Assembly (NCBI RefSeq): GCF_001945605.1
Contig: NZ_MPKA01000087.1
Span: 54,007-86,006 of the forward strand
Direction of reading: 5' to 3'
Origin: Dubosiella newyorkensis
Lineage (GTDB): Bacteria; Bacillota_I; Bacilli_A; Erysipelotrichales; Erysipelotrichaceae
DNA: 32,000 bases
The notes under the pieces were generated by a model. The model made no database searches and had not been told where the DNA came from. It saw only the letters and a program-made list of their open reading frames with translations. Of the stretch, positions 16,882-25,370 are shown one piece after another. A program made the translations under genes and the position numbers. How positions within the stretch are numbered: the first letter of the stretch is position 1; each line of letters begins with the position of its first letter.

Positions 16882-16954
16882 CGAGGATTTTCATAACGTT
16901 TTCATGTTTTCAAAACAAACAAGCGTATAATATAAAGAATGATGAGGAGGATTT

Positions 16955-17533
16955 ATGAAAAAAACCATATGGATTGCGACAAGCAACGCTCATAAAATCG
17001 AAGAATTTGCGGAAATGCTTGGGGATGAAGTCACGATCAAGAGTTTTAAAGATTTGGAGGAGCCTGTGGATGTGGTTGAAAACGGTACGAGTTTTCAAGA
17101 GAATGCCCGCATCAAAGCAAGAGCTCTATATAATATAGTGCATGAACCGGTTTTTGCGGATGATTCTGGTTTGGAAGTTGATGCGATGGATAAAGCTCCA
17201 GGAATTTATTCGGCTCGGTTTCTAGGAGAAGATACGGACTACACGATCAAAAACCAATACATCCTTGATCAAGTCGAAGGGAAGGATCGAACGGCTCGTT
17301 ATGTGTGCGCGATCGCTTTTATTGATCAAAATGGCGAGGAAAGCGTTTATGAAGCCACGATCGAAGGCAAGATCGCTCCTTCTCCTATCGGGACAAATGG
17401 TTTTGGATATGATCCGATCTTTTACTATCCGCCTTTTGGAACGACGCTAGCCAATGTTAGCGAAGAAAAGAAAAATCAAGTTTCCCATCGAGGAAAGGCG
17501 TTGCGTGAATTTTTGAAGGAGGGAAAGTTATGA
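16955..17533 (+). CDS. rdgB: Non-canonical purine NTP pyrophosphatase (RdgB/HAM1 family, XTP/dITP diphosphatase)
   Basis: 192 aa with ATSNAHKIEEF, FGYDPIF and SHRGKAL. SD gaggagga upstream. Confidence 0.9.
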   Translation: MKKTIWIATSNAHKIEEFAEMLGDEVTIKSFKDLEEPVDVVENGTSFQENARIKARALYNIVHEPVFADDSGLEVDAMDKAPGIYSARFLGEDTDYTIKNQYILDQVEGKDRTARYVCAIAFIDQNGEESVYEATIEGKIAPSPIGTNGFGYDPIFYYPPFGTTLANVSEEKKNQVSHRGKALREFLKEGKL

Positions 17534-18051
17534 TCCATGTTGTATTGTATGAACCGGAGATTCCCGGCAATACGGGAAATATCATCCGGACATGCATGGC
17601 TACCGGATCGAGGCTGCATTTGATCGAACCTTTAGGGTTTTCGATGTCGGAAAAGCACTTGAGAAGAAGCGGGATGGACTATATCAAAGAGGCGGACATC
17701 CATATCCATCCGGATTGGGCTGCCTTTTTGAAAGCCAATCCGGACGCTTCGATGTATTTTATGACCCGCTATGGGAAGAAGGCGCCTAGCGAGTTTGATT
17801 TTCGTAAAGAGGAAGGGGATATTTATCTTGTTCTAGGCAAGGAGAGTACGGGGATCGATAAATCGATCTTAAAAGGGCATTTGGATCGGTGCATGCGGCT
17901 TCCGATGGTCCCGAACGCTCGTTCTTTGAATTTATCGAATTCGGCGGCGATCGTCGTGTATGAAGTGCTCCGTCAGCTGGATTATCCTTTTCTTTCGAAA
18001 AGCGAGCAATTAAAAGGAGAAGACTTTCTTGAAACTTTTGATCAAGATTGA
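17530..18051 (+). CDS. trmL: tRNA (cytidine/uridine-34 2'-O)-methyltransferase, SpoU/TrmL family
   Basis: 173 aa with EPEIPGNTGNIIRTC and LNLSNSAAIVVYE motifs. ATGA overlap with rdgB. Confidence 0.85.
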   Translation: MIHVVLYEPEIPGNTGNIIRTCMATGSRLHLIEPLGFSMSEKHLRRSGMDYIKEADIHIHPDWAAFLKANPDASMYFMTRYGKKAPSEFDFRKEEGDIYLVLGKESTGIDKSILKGHLDRCMRLPMVPNARSLNLSNSAAIVVYEVLRQLDYPFLSKSEQLKGEDFLETFDQD

Positions 18052-18574
18052 TTCATTGTTCGATTCGCGTATAAAGCGATTGAATTGGCTGCAGATTTGC
18101 GTCCTTCTCTATTGGGGATGGCAGTTTTTATGGCTTTCCTTGATGATGGCGGACCTTTTTCAAGTCCAGGAGAGCGATTCTTTGTTTTTGTTTTTGGATA
18201 GGATGAAGCGCTATGATCCTTCCGTTTTTGTTCGGATCGCTTTTCGGATCCTTAATTATCGCTCTGTCTTTTCAGCATTGAATCTAGCGGATTGGATCTT
18301 CTTGTCGTTGAGCGTTTTTCTTGTTTTCGTCTATCATACGAAGACAGTTTGGATCTTAGCAGGAATGGGAAGTATTGTAATCGCTTTCATTTCTGGGTGT
18401 CTGCTTTATGGTCTGAATATTGCAAATATGAGTGCTTTATTTCATTTATTAAAAATTATGGCGGTCATAGCGCTAGTTTTAAGTGTTGTTTTTATTATAA
18501 TCGATTTGTATTTGGTGATTGAGAGGCTTTTGAAAATGGGTGAAAGCGTTGACATATCGGAAAAATGTTCATGA
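18029..18574 (+). CDS. Hypothetical integral membrane protein (about 4 TM segments)
   Basis: 181-aa ORF with a TTG start 10 nt after aaaggaga and several long hydrophobic stretches. Overlaps the trmL 3' end by 23 nt. No family recognised, and the start is uncertain. Confidence 0.45.
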   Translation: MKLLIKIDSLFDSRIKRLNWLQICVLLYWGWQFLWLSLMMADLFQVQESDSLFLFLDRMKRYDPSVFVRIAFRILNYRSVFSALNLADWIFLSLSVFLVFVYHTKTVWILAGMGSIVIAFISGCLLYGLNIANMSALFHLLKIMAVIALVLSVVFIIIDLYLVIERLLKMGESVDISEKCS

Positions 18575-18777
18575 TTCGTAAACAAAAAACCAATTTCTAC
18601 AATTTTATAAAAATTCACATATTTAACCACATTTATATAATATTTCCTTTATATAAAGTGTTTTGATTTTTGGATCCTTACTAATTCGTAAGAATTTCTT
18701 AAGATTTACTAAGGTTAATTTTGCGCATTTTCAAAATTCATGTTAACCTATCGGTGTTGTAGCGAAGAGGTATAAGA

Positions 18778-20127
18778 ATGAATTTTATCGAAAAACACAG
18801 TAAATTATTGGCAGTTGCCTTATGCTTATGTGCTTCAGGTCCAGTTCTTTCTACCGTACATGCATACGAGACTCAGCCAGGATGGCATGGGGAAGATGCA
18901 GATCGTTATTATGTGTTGGAGTCCAATCGTCAAAGAGCGACGGGTCTAACTGAAATTGATGGCGATGTCTATTACTTCAATGGACAAGGTGAAATGCAGT
19001 TTGGATGGCAAAATGTTTCCGATAAAACGTATTATTTCGGAAAAAACGGCTCTGCAGAAACTGGAGAAACGACGATTCAAGGAACTACATATAATTTCCG
19101 TCAGGAAGGTGCATTGAATCAAGGTTGGTCAGAAAATGGTAAAAACTACTACAATGACCAAGGCTTCCTTGTAACAAATCAATGGATCGATCATGATGGA
19201 GTAAAGTATTACTTTGATGAAAACGGCAATCTAGTGACAGGTTGGGTCGAACTCGAAGGCAATCGATACTATTTCGATGAGAACGGTGCTATGGTTACAG
19301 GCGCATTCGAAGTCGATGGTCAAACATACACAACTGGAGATGACGGAGTCTTCCGTACTGGTTGGGTCGATGTGAATGGTATCAAACAATATTATGATGA
19401 AAATGGTAACCAAATCAAAAACACTTTCCAAGATATCGAAGGTCAAAAATACGCGTTCGATGAAAATGGAAATATGTTGACAAACACTGAAAAAGATGGA
19501 TTTACGATCGACGTGAATGGTGTGGCGACGGAAACTCCTGTCGTTGATGAGGCGCCAGTTCCTGCAGAACCAGAAACTACAACACCTGCAGAAACGCCAG
19601 TGCAACCAGAAGAAAGCGCACCAGAAGTATCGCAGCCAGAACAGCCAGTAGAAACTCCTGTTCAACCGGAAGAAACGACTCCAGAAGTTTCACAACCAGT
19701 AGAAACTCCTGTTCAGCCTGAAGTAAGTACTCCAGAAGTTTCACAACCAGTAGAAACGCCGGTTCAACCGGAAGTGAGCACTCCAGAAGTATCGCAGCCA
19801 GTTCAACCAGAACCATCTGGAAGCAAAGCGGCGGGGATTATCAGCGCGGCTCTTGCTCAAGTGGGTATGACTCAAGACTGCACGATGCTTGCGACAAACG
19901 CTCTTGCGGCTGTTGGAATCAATTTCCATGGCTGGCCTGCTGATTATGCGGCTCTTGGAAGCTGGACAAGCAATCCAATTCCTGGCGATTTGATCATCTA
20001 CTCTGGACATATCGCGGTTTATGCCGGTAACGGACAAGCTGTTCATGGCGGTTGGTATGGTAGCCAAACTGTTCTTACTACAGTTGAATGTGATAAGGCG
20101 TTGATTGGTTACATCCGCGTAGCTTAA
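18778..20127 (+). CDS. Secreted cell-wall hydrolase: signal peptide, about 10 choline/cell-wall-binding repeats, Pro-rich repeat linker, C-terminal NlpC/P60-like domain
   Basis: 449 aa with a Sec signal (...LSTVHA/YE). About 20-aa repeats of the GW..dG.wYYFdenG.m.TGW type. A linker of PVETPVQPE(V/E)(S/T)TPEVSQ units. The C-terminal TQDCTMLATNAL (Cys) and PGDLIIYSGHIAVYAGNGQAVHGG (His) fit NlpC/P60 papain-like peptidases. Confidence 0.85.
   Translation: MNFIEKHSKLLAVALCLCASGPVLSTVHAYETQPGWHGEDADRYYVLESNRQRATGLTEIDGDVYYFNGQGEMQFGWQNVSDKTYYFGKNGSAETGETTIQGTTYNFRQEGALNQGWSENGKNYYNDQGFLVTNQWIDHDGVKYYFDENGNLVTGWVELEGNRYYFDENGAMVTGAFEVDGQTYTTGDDGVFRTGWVDVNGIKQYYDENGNQIKNTFQDIEGQKYAFDENGNMLTNTEKDGFTIDVNGVATETPVVDEAPVPAEPETTTPAETPVQPEESAPEVSQPEQPVETPVQPEETTPEVSQPVETPVQPEVSTPEVSQPVETPVQPEVSTPEVSQPVQPEPSGSKAAGIISAALAQVGMTQDCTMLATNALAAVGINFHGWPADYAALGSWTSNPIPGDLIIYSGHIAVYAGNGQAVHGGWYGSQTVLTTVECDKALIGYIRVA
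19585..19815 (+). repeat. Four tandem 51-bp coding repeats (17-aa Pro/Glu/Val-rich units) plus a partial copy
   Basis: Copies at 19585-19635 (followed by a 9-nt insert), 19645-19695, 19696-19746 and 19747-19797, with a partial copy at 19798-19815. All are in frame within the hydrolase gene. Confidence 0.9.
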
Positions 20128-20140
20128 ATCTGTTTATAAA

Positions 20141-20164
20141 GCTCTTCTTAGAAGGGCTTTTTTT
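20141..20164 (+). terminator. Rho-independent terminator of the hydrolase gene
   Basis: 7-bp stem gctcttc / gaagggc (one G-U pair), loop tta, then T7. Confidence 0.75.
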
Positions 20165-20179
20165 GTGACAATAGCGACG

Positions 20180-20206
20180 TTGAAAAAAACAGATTCATGA
20201 TATAAT
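20180..20206 (+). promoter_or_regulatory. Putative extended -10 promoter of the M16 peptidase pair
   Basis: TTGAAA (20180-20185), short 15-nt spacer, TGaTATAAT (20198-20206). Confidence 0.45.
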
Positions 20207-20250
20207 TAATATTGCAGATTTAGCTTCAAAAAACGATAAAGGAGAAGAAG

Positions 20251-21447
20251 ATGGAAAAAATTTGTACAGATAAATTTAGTGATATCAGTATTCTTGTCCG
20301 ATCGCTATTCGATCTAGATCCGAATACAATCACTGCCTATAATGTCTTAGTTTATATGCTAAAGTCCAAAACAGAACACTTTGATTCGAAGCAAAAACTT
20401 GCGCTCGCGTTGAATCATGCGTATGGAATGCGGATTTCTTATTCTTTGACTGGTTATGGAAAACAAGTCGCTCTTGATGTCCGTTTCCAGTGCATCCGAA
20501 GCGATTATATTTCTTCGGATTCGTATATCGATGAAATCATCAATGTGATGGAAGATATTTTGTTTCGGCCTTTGCTTGATGAAAATAGCTTTGAGGAAGC
20601 AAAGTATATGCTGAAAAGCCGTTTGGAAAGGCTAGAAGAAGATCCAGATTCTTTAGCACTTTCTAGAGCGCTAAAGTTAGCGGATGGAGATCACGATATT
20701 TCGATTCCGATCCATGGCGATCTTGCGTCTTTGAGCGCCTTGCGCTATCAAGATGTTCTTGATTTATATCAAATTTATAAAAATACAGGAAAAATCATTT
20801 TCTATTGTGGACACTCTGAGCCAAGGATCTTTAATTTGCTTGAGAAGATCCCTCAAGCTAAGAAGATCGAAAACAAGATGGAATGCATTCAAAGGAAGAG
20901 CACATCGTATCTCGTTTTGAAAAAAGAGTGCGCGCAGACTTCGCTCGTTCTAATTTACGCGACCTCGATTTCTTTTCAGTCTCCGCTTTATTATCCACTG
21001 CTGGCGTTGAATTCGATCTTAGGACAGGGTCCTGTTTCTTTGCTTTTTGAAGAAGTGCGTGAAAAGCATAGCTTATGTTATTCGATCAGCTCTTCTTTGA
21101 TCCGTTTTGATGGGGCGTTGATGATCAGCGTCGGAACAAGAAAGGATGCTCTTGATCAAGTGCTTCTTTTGATCCATGAGCAAATTGAACGTATCGTTCA
21201 TATGGATTATCCGGATTCGCTGCTTGAGATCGCGAAAAAAGATTTGAAAGATCTCTTTCTTCGCCAAAAAGATCGTCCGAATTCGATGCTTGAACAACAT
21301 TTTCTCGATATGCTTCTAAGAAGGGAAGAAAGTGAAGAACAAAGAAACAAAGCGATCGATTCGATCTCGAAATTTTTGATCGCCCAAGCGGCGCGTCAGC
21401 TGTTTTTATTGTCGAGTGTAGTTGTCGAGGAGGGGGAAGATGTTTAA
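20251..21447 (+). CDS. M16 (pitrilysin/insulinase) family protein, non-catalytic subunit type (YmfF-like)
   Basis: 398 aa of M16-like length and position, but with no HxxEH motif. Translationally coupled to the catalytic-type paralogue downstream. Confidence 0.75.
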   Translation: MEKICTDKFSDISILVRSLFDLDPNTITAYNVLVYMLKSKTEHFDSKQKLALALNHAYGMRISYSLTGYGKQVALDVRFQCIRSDYISSDSYIDEIINVMEDILFRPLLDENSFEEAKYMLKSRLERLEEDPDSLALSRALKLADGDHDISIPIHGDLASLSALRYQDVLDLYQIYKNTGKIIFYCGHSEPRIFNLLEKIPQAKKIENKMECIQRKSTSYLVLKKECAQTSLVLIYATSISFQSPLYYPLLALNSILGQGPVSLLFEEVREKHSLCYSISSSLIRFDGALMISVGTRKDALDQVLLLIHEQIERIVHMDYPDSLLEIAKKDLKDLFLRQKDRPNSMLEQHFLDMLLRREESEEQRNKAIDSISKFLIAQAARQLFLLSSVVVEEGEDV

Positions 21448-22684
21448 TTTAGCCTTTCAAACAAAAAAGCTGAAAAATGGAGCGTTGGTGATCTTGATTC
21501 AAAAGCCAGACTACGTCCAGTCTTTATTCATGTGCGGATTTGGAGTGGGTGGTTTCAATATCAAAGAGCGTTCTGAAAATATGGTCTATGAAAACAAAGG
21601 CGGATGCGCTCATTATTTGGAACATCAAATGTTTCGATACCAAGGAGAAGATGTGACAGATCTGTTTGCTAAAATGCAAGCGCAGACCAACGCGTTTACT
21701 TCCTATTCTGAAACGGCATACTATTTTTATACGACTTCAGAAATCGAAAAACCGCTCCAGCTCTTGCTCGATTTTGTGCAAAATCTAGATATCAATGCCG
21801 AAAGCGTTGAAAAGGAAAGAGGAATCATTGCAAGCGAATTCGCGATGTATGAACAAAATCCGGAAATGCGCTTGATCAAAGAATTGCTTGTTTCAATGTA
21901 TAAAAACCATCCGCTCAAGGTCGATATCTTAGGTTCGCTAGACGATATCGAATCGATACAGCTCGAGGATCTCGCTTCGTTTTATCGTCGAAATTACGAT
22001 CCTAAAAATATGGTGATCGTAGGGGTTACCGGAAAAAATTTAGACGAGGTCTTGAAAGAAATCGAGCGGATCGAAGAAAAATATCCTTCCAAGATCGGTG
22101 AAAGAGCTGTGTGTATCTTTCCGGACGAACCAAAAGAAGTCGCTCGTTCGAAGTATTCTCTTGAGATGGATGTCGTGCAGCCCTATGTAGGGATCGCTTT
22201 TAAATTAGAGCCTAAGGAAAACATCATTGATTGTTTGCTTTATGATCTAGCCTTTTCGATTTGGTTGGATGCGATCTTTGGCCCAAGCAATCCTAAGTAT
22301 CAGACATGGATCGATGAAAAGATCATTACCCAGATCTGTGGTGCCGAAGTCGATTTTTCGCAAGATCATGCGTATTTGATGTTTTATGCTCAAACAGAAA
22401 AGATCGAAGAGTTCAAGAAGCTAGTCGATTCGCTCGTACAAAACAGAGAGAAGATCGATCCGATCGTTTTCGAGAGCTTGAAGCATCAAAGCCAAGCGCG
22501 AAATATCCGGTTGTTGGATCGATTTGAAGGCTTGGCTGTCGAAGTGCTTAGAGCGCATATAAATCGATATGATTTTTTAGAGTCGCTTCAACTCATTGAT
22601 TCGCTTGATACTGATAAGGTTTTTGAGATCTTGTCTTCTGTTGATTTTTCTCAAAAAGCAGAAGTGATGATCTCACCTTCATGA
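21440..22684 (+). CDS. M16 family zinc peptidase, catalytic subunit type (YmfH-like)
   Basis: Inverted zinc motif HYLEHQMF (HxxEH) plus a downstream Glu region (ERGIIASEFAMYEQNP). I prefer ATG 21440 (SD gaggaggggg at 21427-21436), which overlaps the upstream gene by 8 nt. Confidence 0.85.
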   Translation: MFNLAFQTKKLKNGALVILIQKPDYVQSLFMCGFGVGGFNIKERSENMVYENKGGCAHYLEHQMFRYQGEDVTDLFAKMQAQTNAFTSYSETAYYFYTTSEIEKPLQLLLDFVQNLDINAESVEKERGIIASEFAMYEQNPEMRLIKELLVSMYKNHPLKVDILGSLDDIESIQLEDLASFYRRNYDPKNMVIVGVTGKNLDEVLKEIERIEEKYPSKIGERAVCIFPDEPKEVARSKYSLEMDVVQPYVGIAFKLEPKENIIDCLLYDLAFSIWLDAIFGPSNPKYQTWIDEKIITQICGAEVDFSQDHAYLMFYAQTEKIEEFKKLVDSLVQNREKIDPIVFESLKHQSQARNIRLLDRFEGLAVEVLRAHINRYDFLESLQLIDSLDTDKVFEILSSVDFSQKAEVMISPS

Positions 22685-22694
22685 ATAAAAAAAA

Positions 22695-22724
22695 GAGCCT
22701 CTGGCCTTCAGAAGCTCTTTTTTT
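22695..22724. terminator. Bidirectional terminator between the M16 gene and rpsD
   Basis: Stem gagcctctg / cagaagctc (8 bp plus one mismatch), flanked by A8 upstream and T7 downstream. Confidence 0.75.
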
Positions 22725-22725
22725 A

Positions 22726-23334
22726 TTACCGGTTGTAGAACTCAACGACGAGAAGTTCGTTGATCGGTTCAGCTGTGAATAGCTCGCTACGTTCAGGGTA
22801 ACGAAGATATTTACCAACTTTTTTGTCTTTGTCGATCTCTACGTAATCAACAGTTGCGGCAGAAGCCTCAAGTGCTTCCACGATGCTCTTTTGATTTTTA
22901 GCACGTTCACGCACTTCGATCACTTGTCCTGGCTTTACTTGATAGCTAGGAATATCGACTTTCTTGCCATCGACCAAGATTTGACCATGGTTGACAAGCT
23001 GACGTGCACCGCGGCGAGTGTTGGCCAAACCAAGTCTGTAAACGAGGTTATCCAAACGAGATTCAAGCATGATCAAGAAATTTTCACCCGTTGCGCCTGC
23101 CTTACGGCTTGCTTTTTGGTACGTATTGTAGAATTGTTTTTCTGTCAATTGGTACGTATTGCGGATTCTTTGTTTTTCTTGAAGCTGAATTCCATAGTTT
23201 GTAAGTTTTGGACGACGTGTTTTACCGTGTTGACCTGGAGCGTAGTTACGACGCGCTAATTCTTGACCTGTTCCTAAGATCGAGAATCCTAGACGACGAG
23301 ACTTTTTCCAAGTGCTGCCTGTGTTTCTAGACAT
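22726..23334 (-). CDS. rpsD: 30S ribosomal protein S4
   Basis: 202 aa starting [19 protein letters not shown], preceded by AGGAGGA. The ORF-track 5' extension to 23376 is rejected. Confidence 0.97.
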   Translation of the reverse strand: MSRNTGSTWKKSRRLGFSILGTGQELARRNYAPGQHGKTRRPKLTNYGIQLQEKQRIRNTYQLTEKQFYNTYQKASRKAGATGENFLIMLESRLDNLVYRLGLANTRRGARQLVNHGQILVDGKKVDIPSYQVKPGQVIEVRERAKNQKSIVEALEASAATVDYVEIDKDKKVGKYLRYPERSELFTAEPINELLVVEFYNR

Positions 23335-23498
23335 GTTTTTTCCTCCTATTGTTTTTGCATAAACAACAAGATACAAATCTTTAAAAGGGGTGTTGTCAAT
23401 GATACTTTCTACTATCAGCTTTTAGCTTACTCATATCGCTTTGAAGCCGACAACGCCTGACTTCTAACTTTGTATGCTGCCATCAATCATGCTTATCT

Positions 23499-23527
23499 AC
23501 TATATCAGATTCATTTCTCAATAACAA
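23499..23527 (-). promoter_or_regulatory. Putative rpsD promoter
   Basis: On the minus strand, TTGTTA (plus 23522-23527), 17-nt spacer, TATAGT (plus 23499-23504). This implies a leader of about 160 nt. Confidence 0.45.
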
Positions 23528-23539
23528 CCACCAATTCTC

Positions 23540-23569
23540 TTGTTTCATAAAGAAGGCAAGTGTTATAAT
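23540..23569 (+). promoter_or_regulatory. Putative ezrA promoter (extended -10)
   Basis: TTGTTT (23540-23545), 18-nt spacer, TGtTATAAT (23561-23569). Confidence 0.55.
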
Positions 23570-23596
23570 ATCCACAGTATGCAAGGAGGTACTACA

Positions 23597-25369
23597 ATGG
23601 ATTCTGTCATGAATTTCTTTCGATCCGTTTATCGATATATTCGTGCGCACCTCTCAACGGAATTGATGATCTATATCGTGATCGCGATCTTGCTTCTTGT
23701 CTTGATCTGGATCGTGTCTCGGATCATGAAGCGAAGAAAGGCTTTCAAGCGTTTATCGGCTTTAGAGATCGAAGTCAATGAAATTCGAAACAATGCACTC
23801 GCATACAAATACAATAAGGCGAACGCCTTTGCCAAAGTAAACGATGACATTATGGAGCGGATAAAAAATTTAGCTCCAAAATACGAGATCTGTCAAAAGA
23901 GCATCGCTTCTTGCGATGAGCTGTTCAATGACGCGGACGATTTTATCGCTGCGCATCGGATCAAAAAAGCGACAAGAGCGATGGATGAGCTAGAAACGAT
24001 GTTGGACGATACGAAAGAGCGGATCCGCATCGTCAATCAATCTCTGGATCATATTTTAGCGCGCGAGACAGAAGTGCGTGAAAAATCGAATTCTTTAAAA
24101 GAAAGATTCAGAAATGTCAAAAAAGTTTACCAAGACAATCGGGCTTCGTTCTATCAAGCCAGCGCTTATGTAGATTCTGAGATCACGGATATCGAAAACG
24201 AATTCTCGAATTTCGAAGAATGGATGTTCGCATCAGAATTCAACAAAGCCAAAGAAGAAGTGGATAAGATCGCCAAGCGTGTAGATCTTGTATCTTCGCA
24301 AATCGCAATCTATCCAGGACTCTATGAAAAGGCAAAAAATATTCTTCCTCGCGCTTTGGAAGAAGTAAATGGCAATGTCGATCTATTAAAAGAAAACGAA
24401 ATCGATATCCGCTATTTGCAACCGGAAGAAAAGGCTCAAAAGATCGCGGATGAATTGATGCAGGCCACTACTTGCTTGGATGTTGGAAATATCCAAAAAG
24501 GAGAAACGATGCTCAATGCGATTGGTGACGAGATCTTGGAATTCCAGGATGCGGTCATGAAGGAGAAGAAGGCGTATGATGAGATCCATGGCGATCTTCA
24601 AAATACATTCGCGAAAGTGGATGAAGAAGAGGAAGCGCTTGAGGAAATCATGTCGCTTTATGCCAACATTAAAGATCGATTCGGTCTCGAGGATTGGACG
24701 CATCGTTTCTCGTTAGCCAAAGCGCAGCTCAGTGATCTGCAAGATCGCCGCAAGATCGTAGAAGACGCTTTATCCAAAGATGCGACTCCAAGTGTCGAAG
24801 TCGTTCAAGTCTATAGAGGTTTTGCAGAGGATGTTGAAGCGTTCCATCTTCAAGTGAATGATATGAAGCGAATGCTCGTAGGAGCAAGTTCTGACGAGTC
24901 AAGAGCGAAAAAGCAGCTCGTCAAGCTGCAGCTGATCTTGAATGAAGTTCGTTTGAATACGATTTCTAGAAATCTTCCAAGCATTTCTGAACAATTTTCT
25001 GAAGATCTTAAAGAAGGAGAGCGTCTGATCCAAAGAGTGCGGGTCGTTCTTGATCATTCTCCTTTGGATGTGCAAACGCTCAACGCGGATCTGCAGGACG
25101 CGATCGATTTTGTTTATAAGCTCTACAACAACGCCAACAATTTAGTGGGGGTAGCGATCATGGTCGAAAACGCGATCGTGTTCGGAAATCGTTTCCGTTC
25201 CACATATCCAAGCATGGATTCTGAATTGACGCGCGCTGAAGTATGCTTCCAAAACGGAGAATACACACATGCCTTAAAGATCGCTATACAGGCAATCGAA
25301 AATATGCACCCTGGCATATACGAAAAATTGATTGCCAAAAAAGATCCGGCGGTCATGAATCAAGCTTAA
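23597..25369 (+). CDS. ezrA: Septation ring formation regulator EzrA
   Basis: 590 aa from ATG 23597 (SD aaggaggt). One N-terminal TM helix (LMIYIVIAILLLVLIWIV) is followed by a long coiled-coil-type sequence. The C-terminal patch GNRFRSTYPSMDSELTRAEVCFQNGEYTHAL resembles the conserved EzrA C-terminal motif. Synteny with rpsD and nifZ-thiI matches Bacilli. Confidence 0.8.
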   Translation: MDSVMNFFRSVYRYIRAHLSTELMIYIVIAILLLVLIWIVSRIMKRRKAFKRLSALEIEVNEIRNNALAYKYNKANAFAKVNDDIMERIKNLAPKYEICQKSIASCDELFNDADDFIAAHRIKKATRAMDELETMLDDTKERIRIVNQSLDHILARETEVREKSNSLKERFRNVKKVYQDNRASFYQASAYVDSEITDIENEFSNFEEWMFASEFNKAKEEVDKIAKRVDLVSSQIAIYPGLYEKAKNILPRALEEVNGNVDLLKENEIDIRYLQPEEKAQKIADELMQATTCLDVGNIQKGETMLNAIGDEILEFQDAVMKEKKAYDEIHGDLQNTFAKVDEEEEALEEIMSLYANIKDRFGLEDWTHRFSLAKAQLSDLQDRRKIVEDALSKDATPSVEVVQVYRGFAEDVEAFHLQVNDMKRMLVGASSDESRAKKQLVKLQLILNEVRLNTISRNLPSISEQFSEDLKEGERLIQRVRVVLDHSPLDVQTLNADLQDAIDFVYKLYNNANNLVGVAIMVENAIVFGNRFRSTYPSMDSELTRAEVCFQNGEYTHALKIAIQAIENMHPGIYEKLIAKKDPAVMNQA

Positions 25370-25370
25370 A

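Noticed and set aside
18740-18765. WalR-type box (TGTWAH-N5-TGTWAH) upstream of the NlpC/P60 hydrolase gene
   Set aside because: TGTTAA and TGTTGT are present, but they are separated by 8 nt rather than 5, so the half-site phasing is wrong.
19585-19815. Tandem repeats as a CRISPR array or minisatellite
   Set aside because: The repeats are contiguous with no spacers, in frame, and encode a Pro-rich linker inside a well-supported gene. No cas genes or leader are present anywhere in the window.
23335-23376. 5' extension of rpsD ([14 protein letters not shown]...)
   Set aside because: The canonical S4 N-terminus [16 protein letters not shown] starts at 23334 with AGGAGGA 7 nt upstream. The extension contains that SD.
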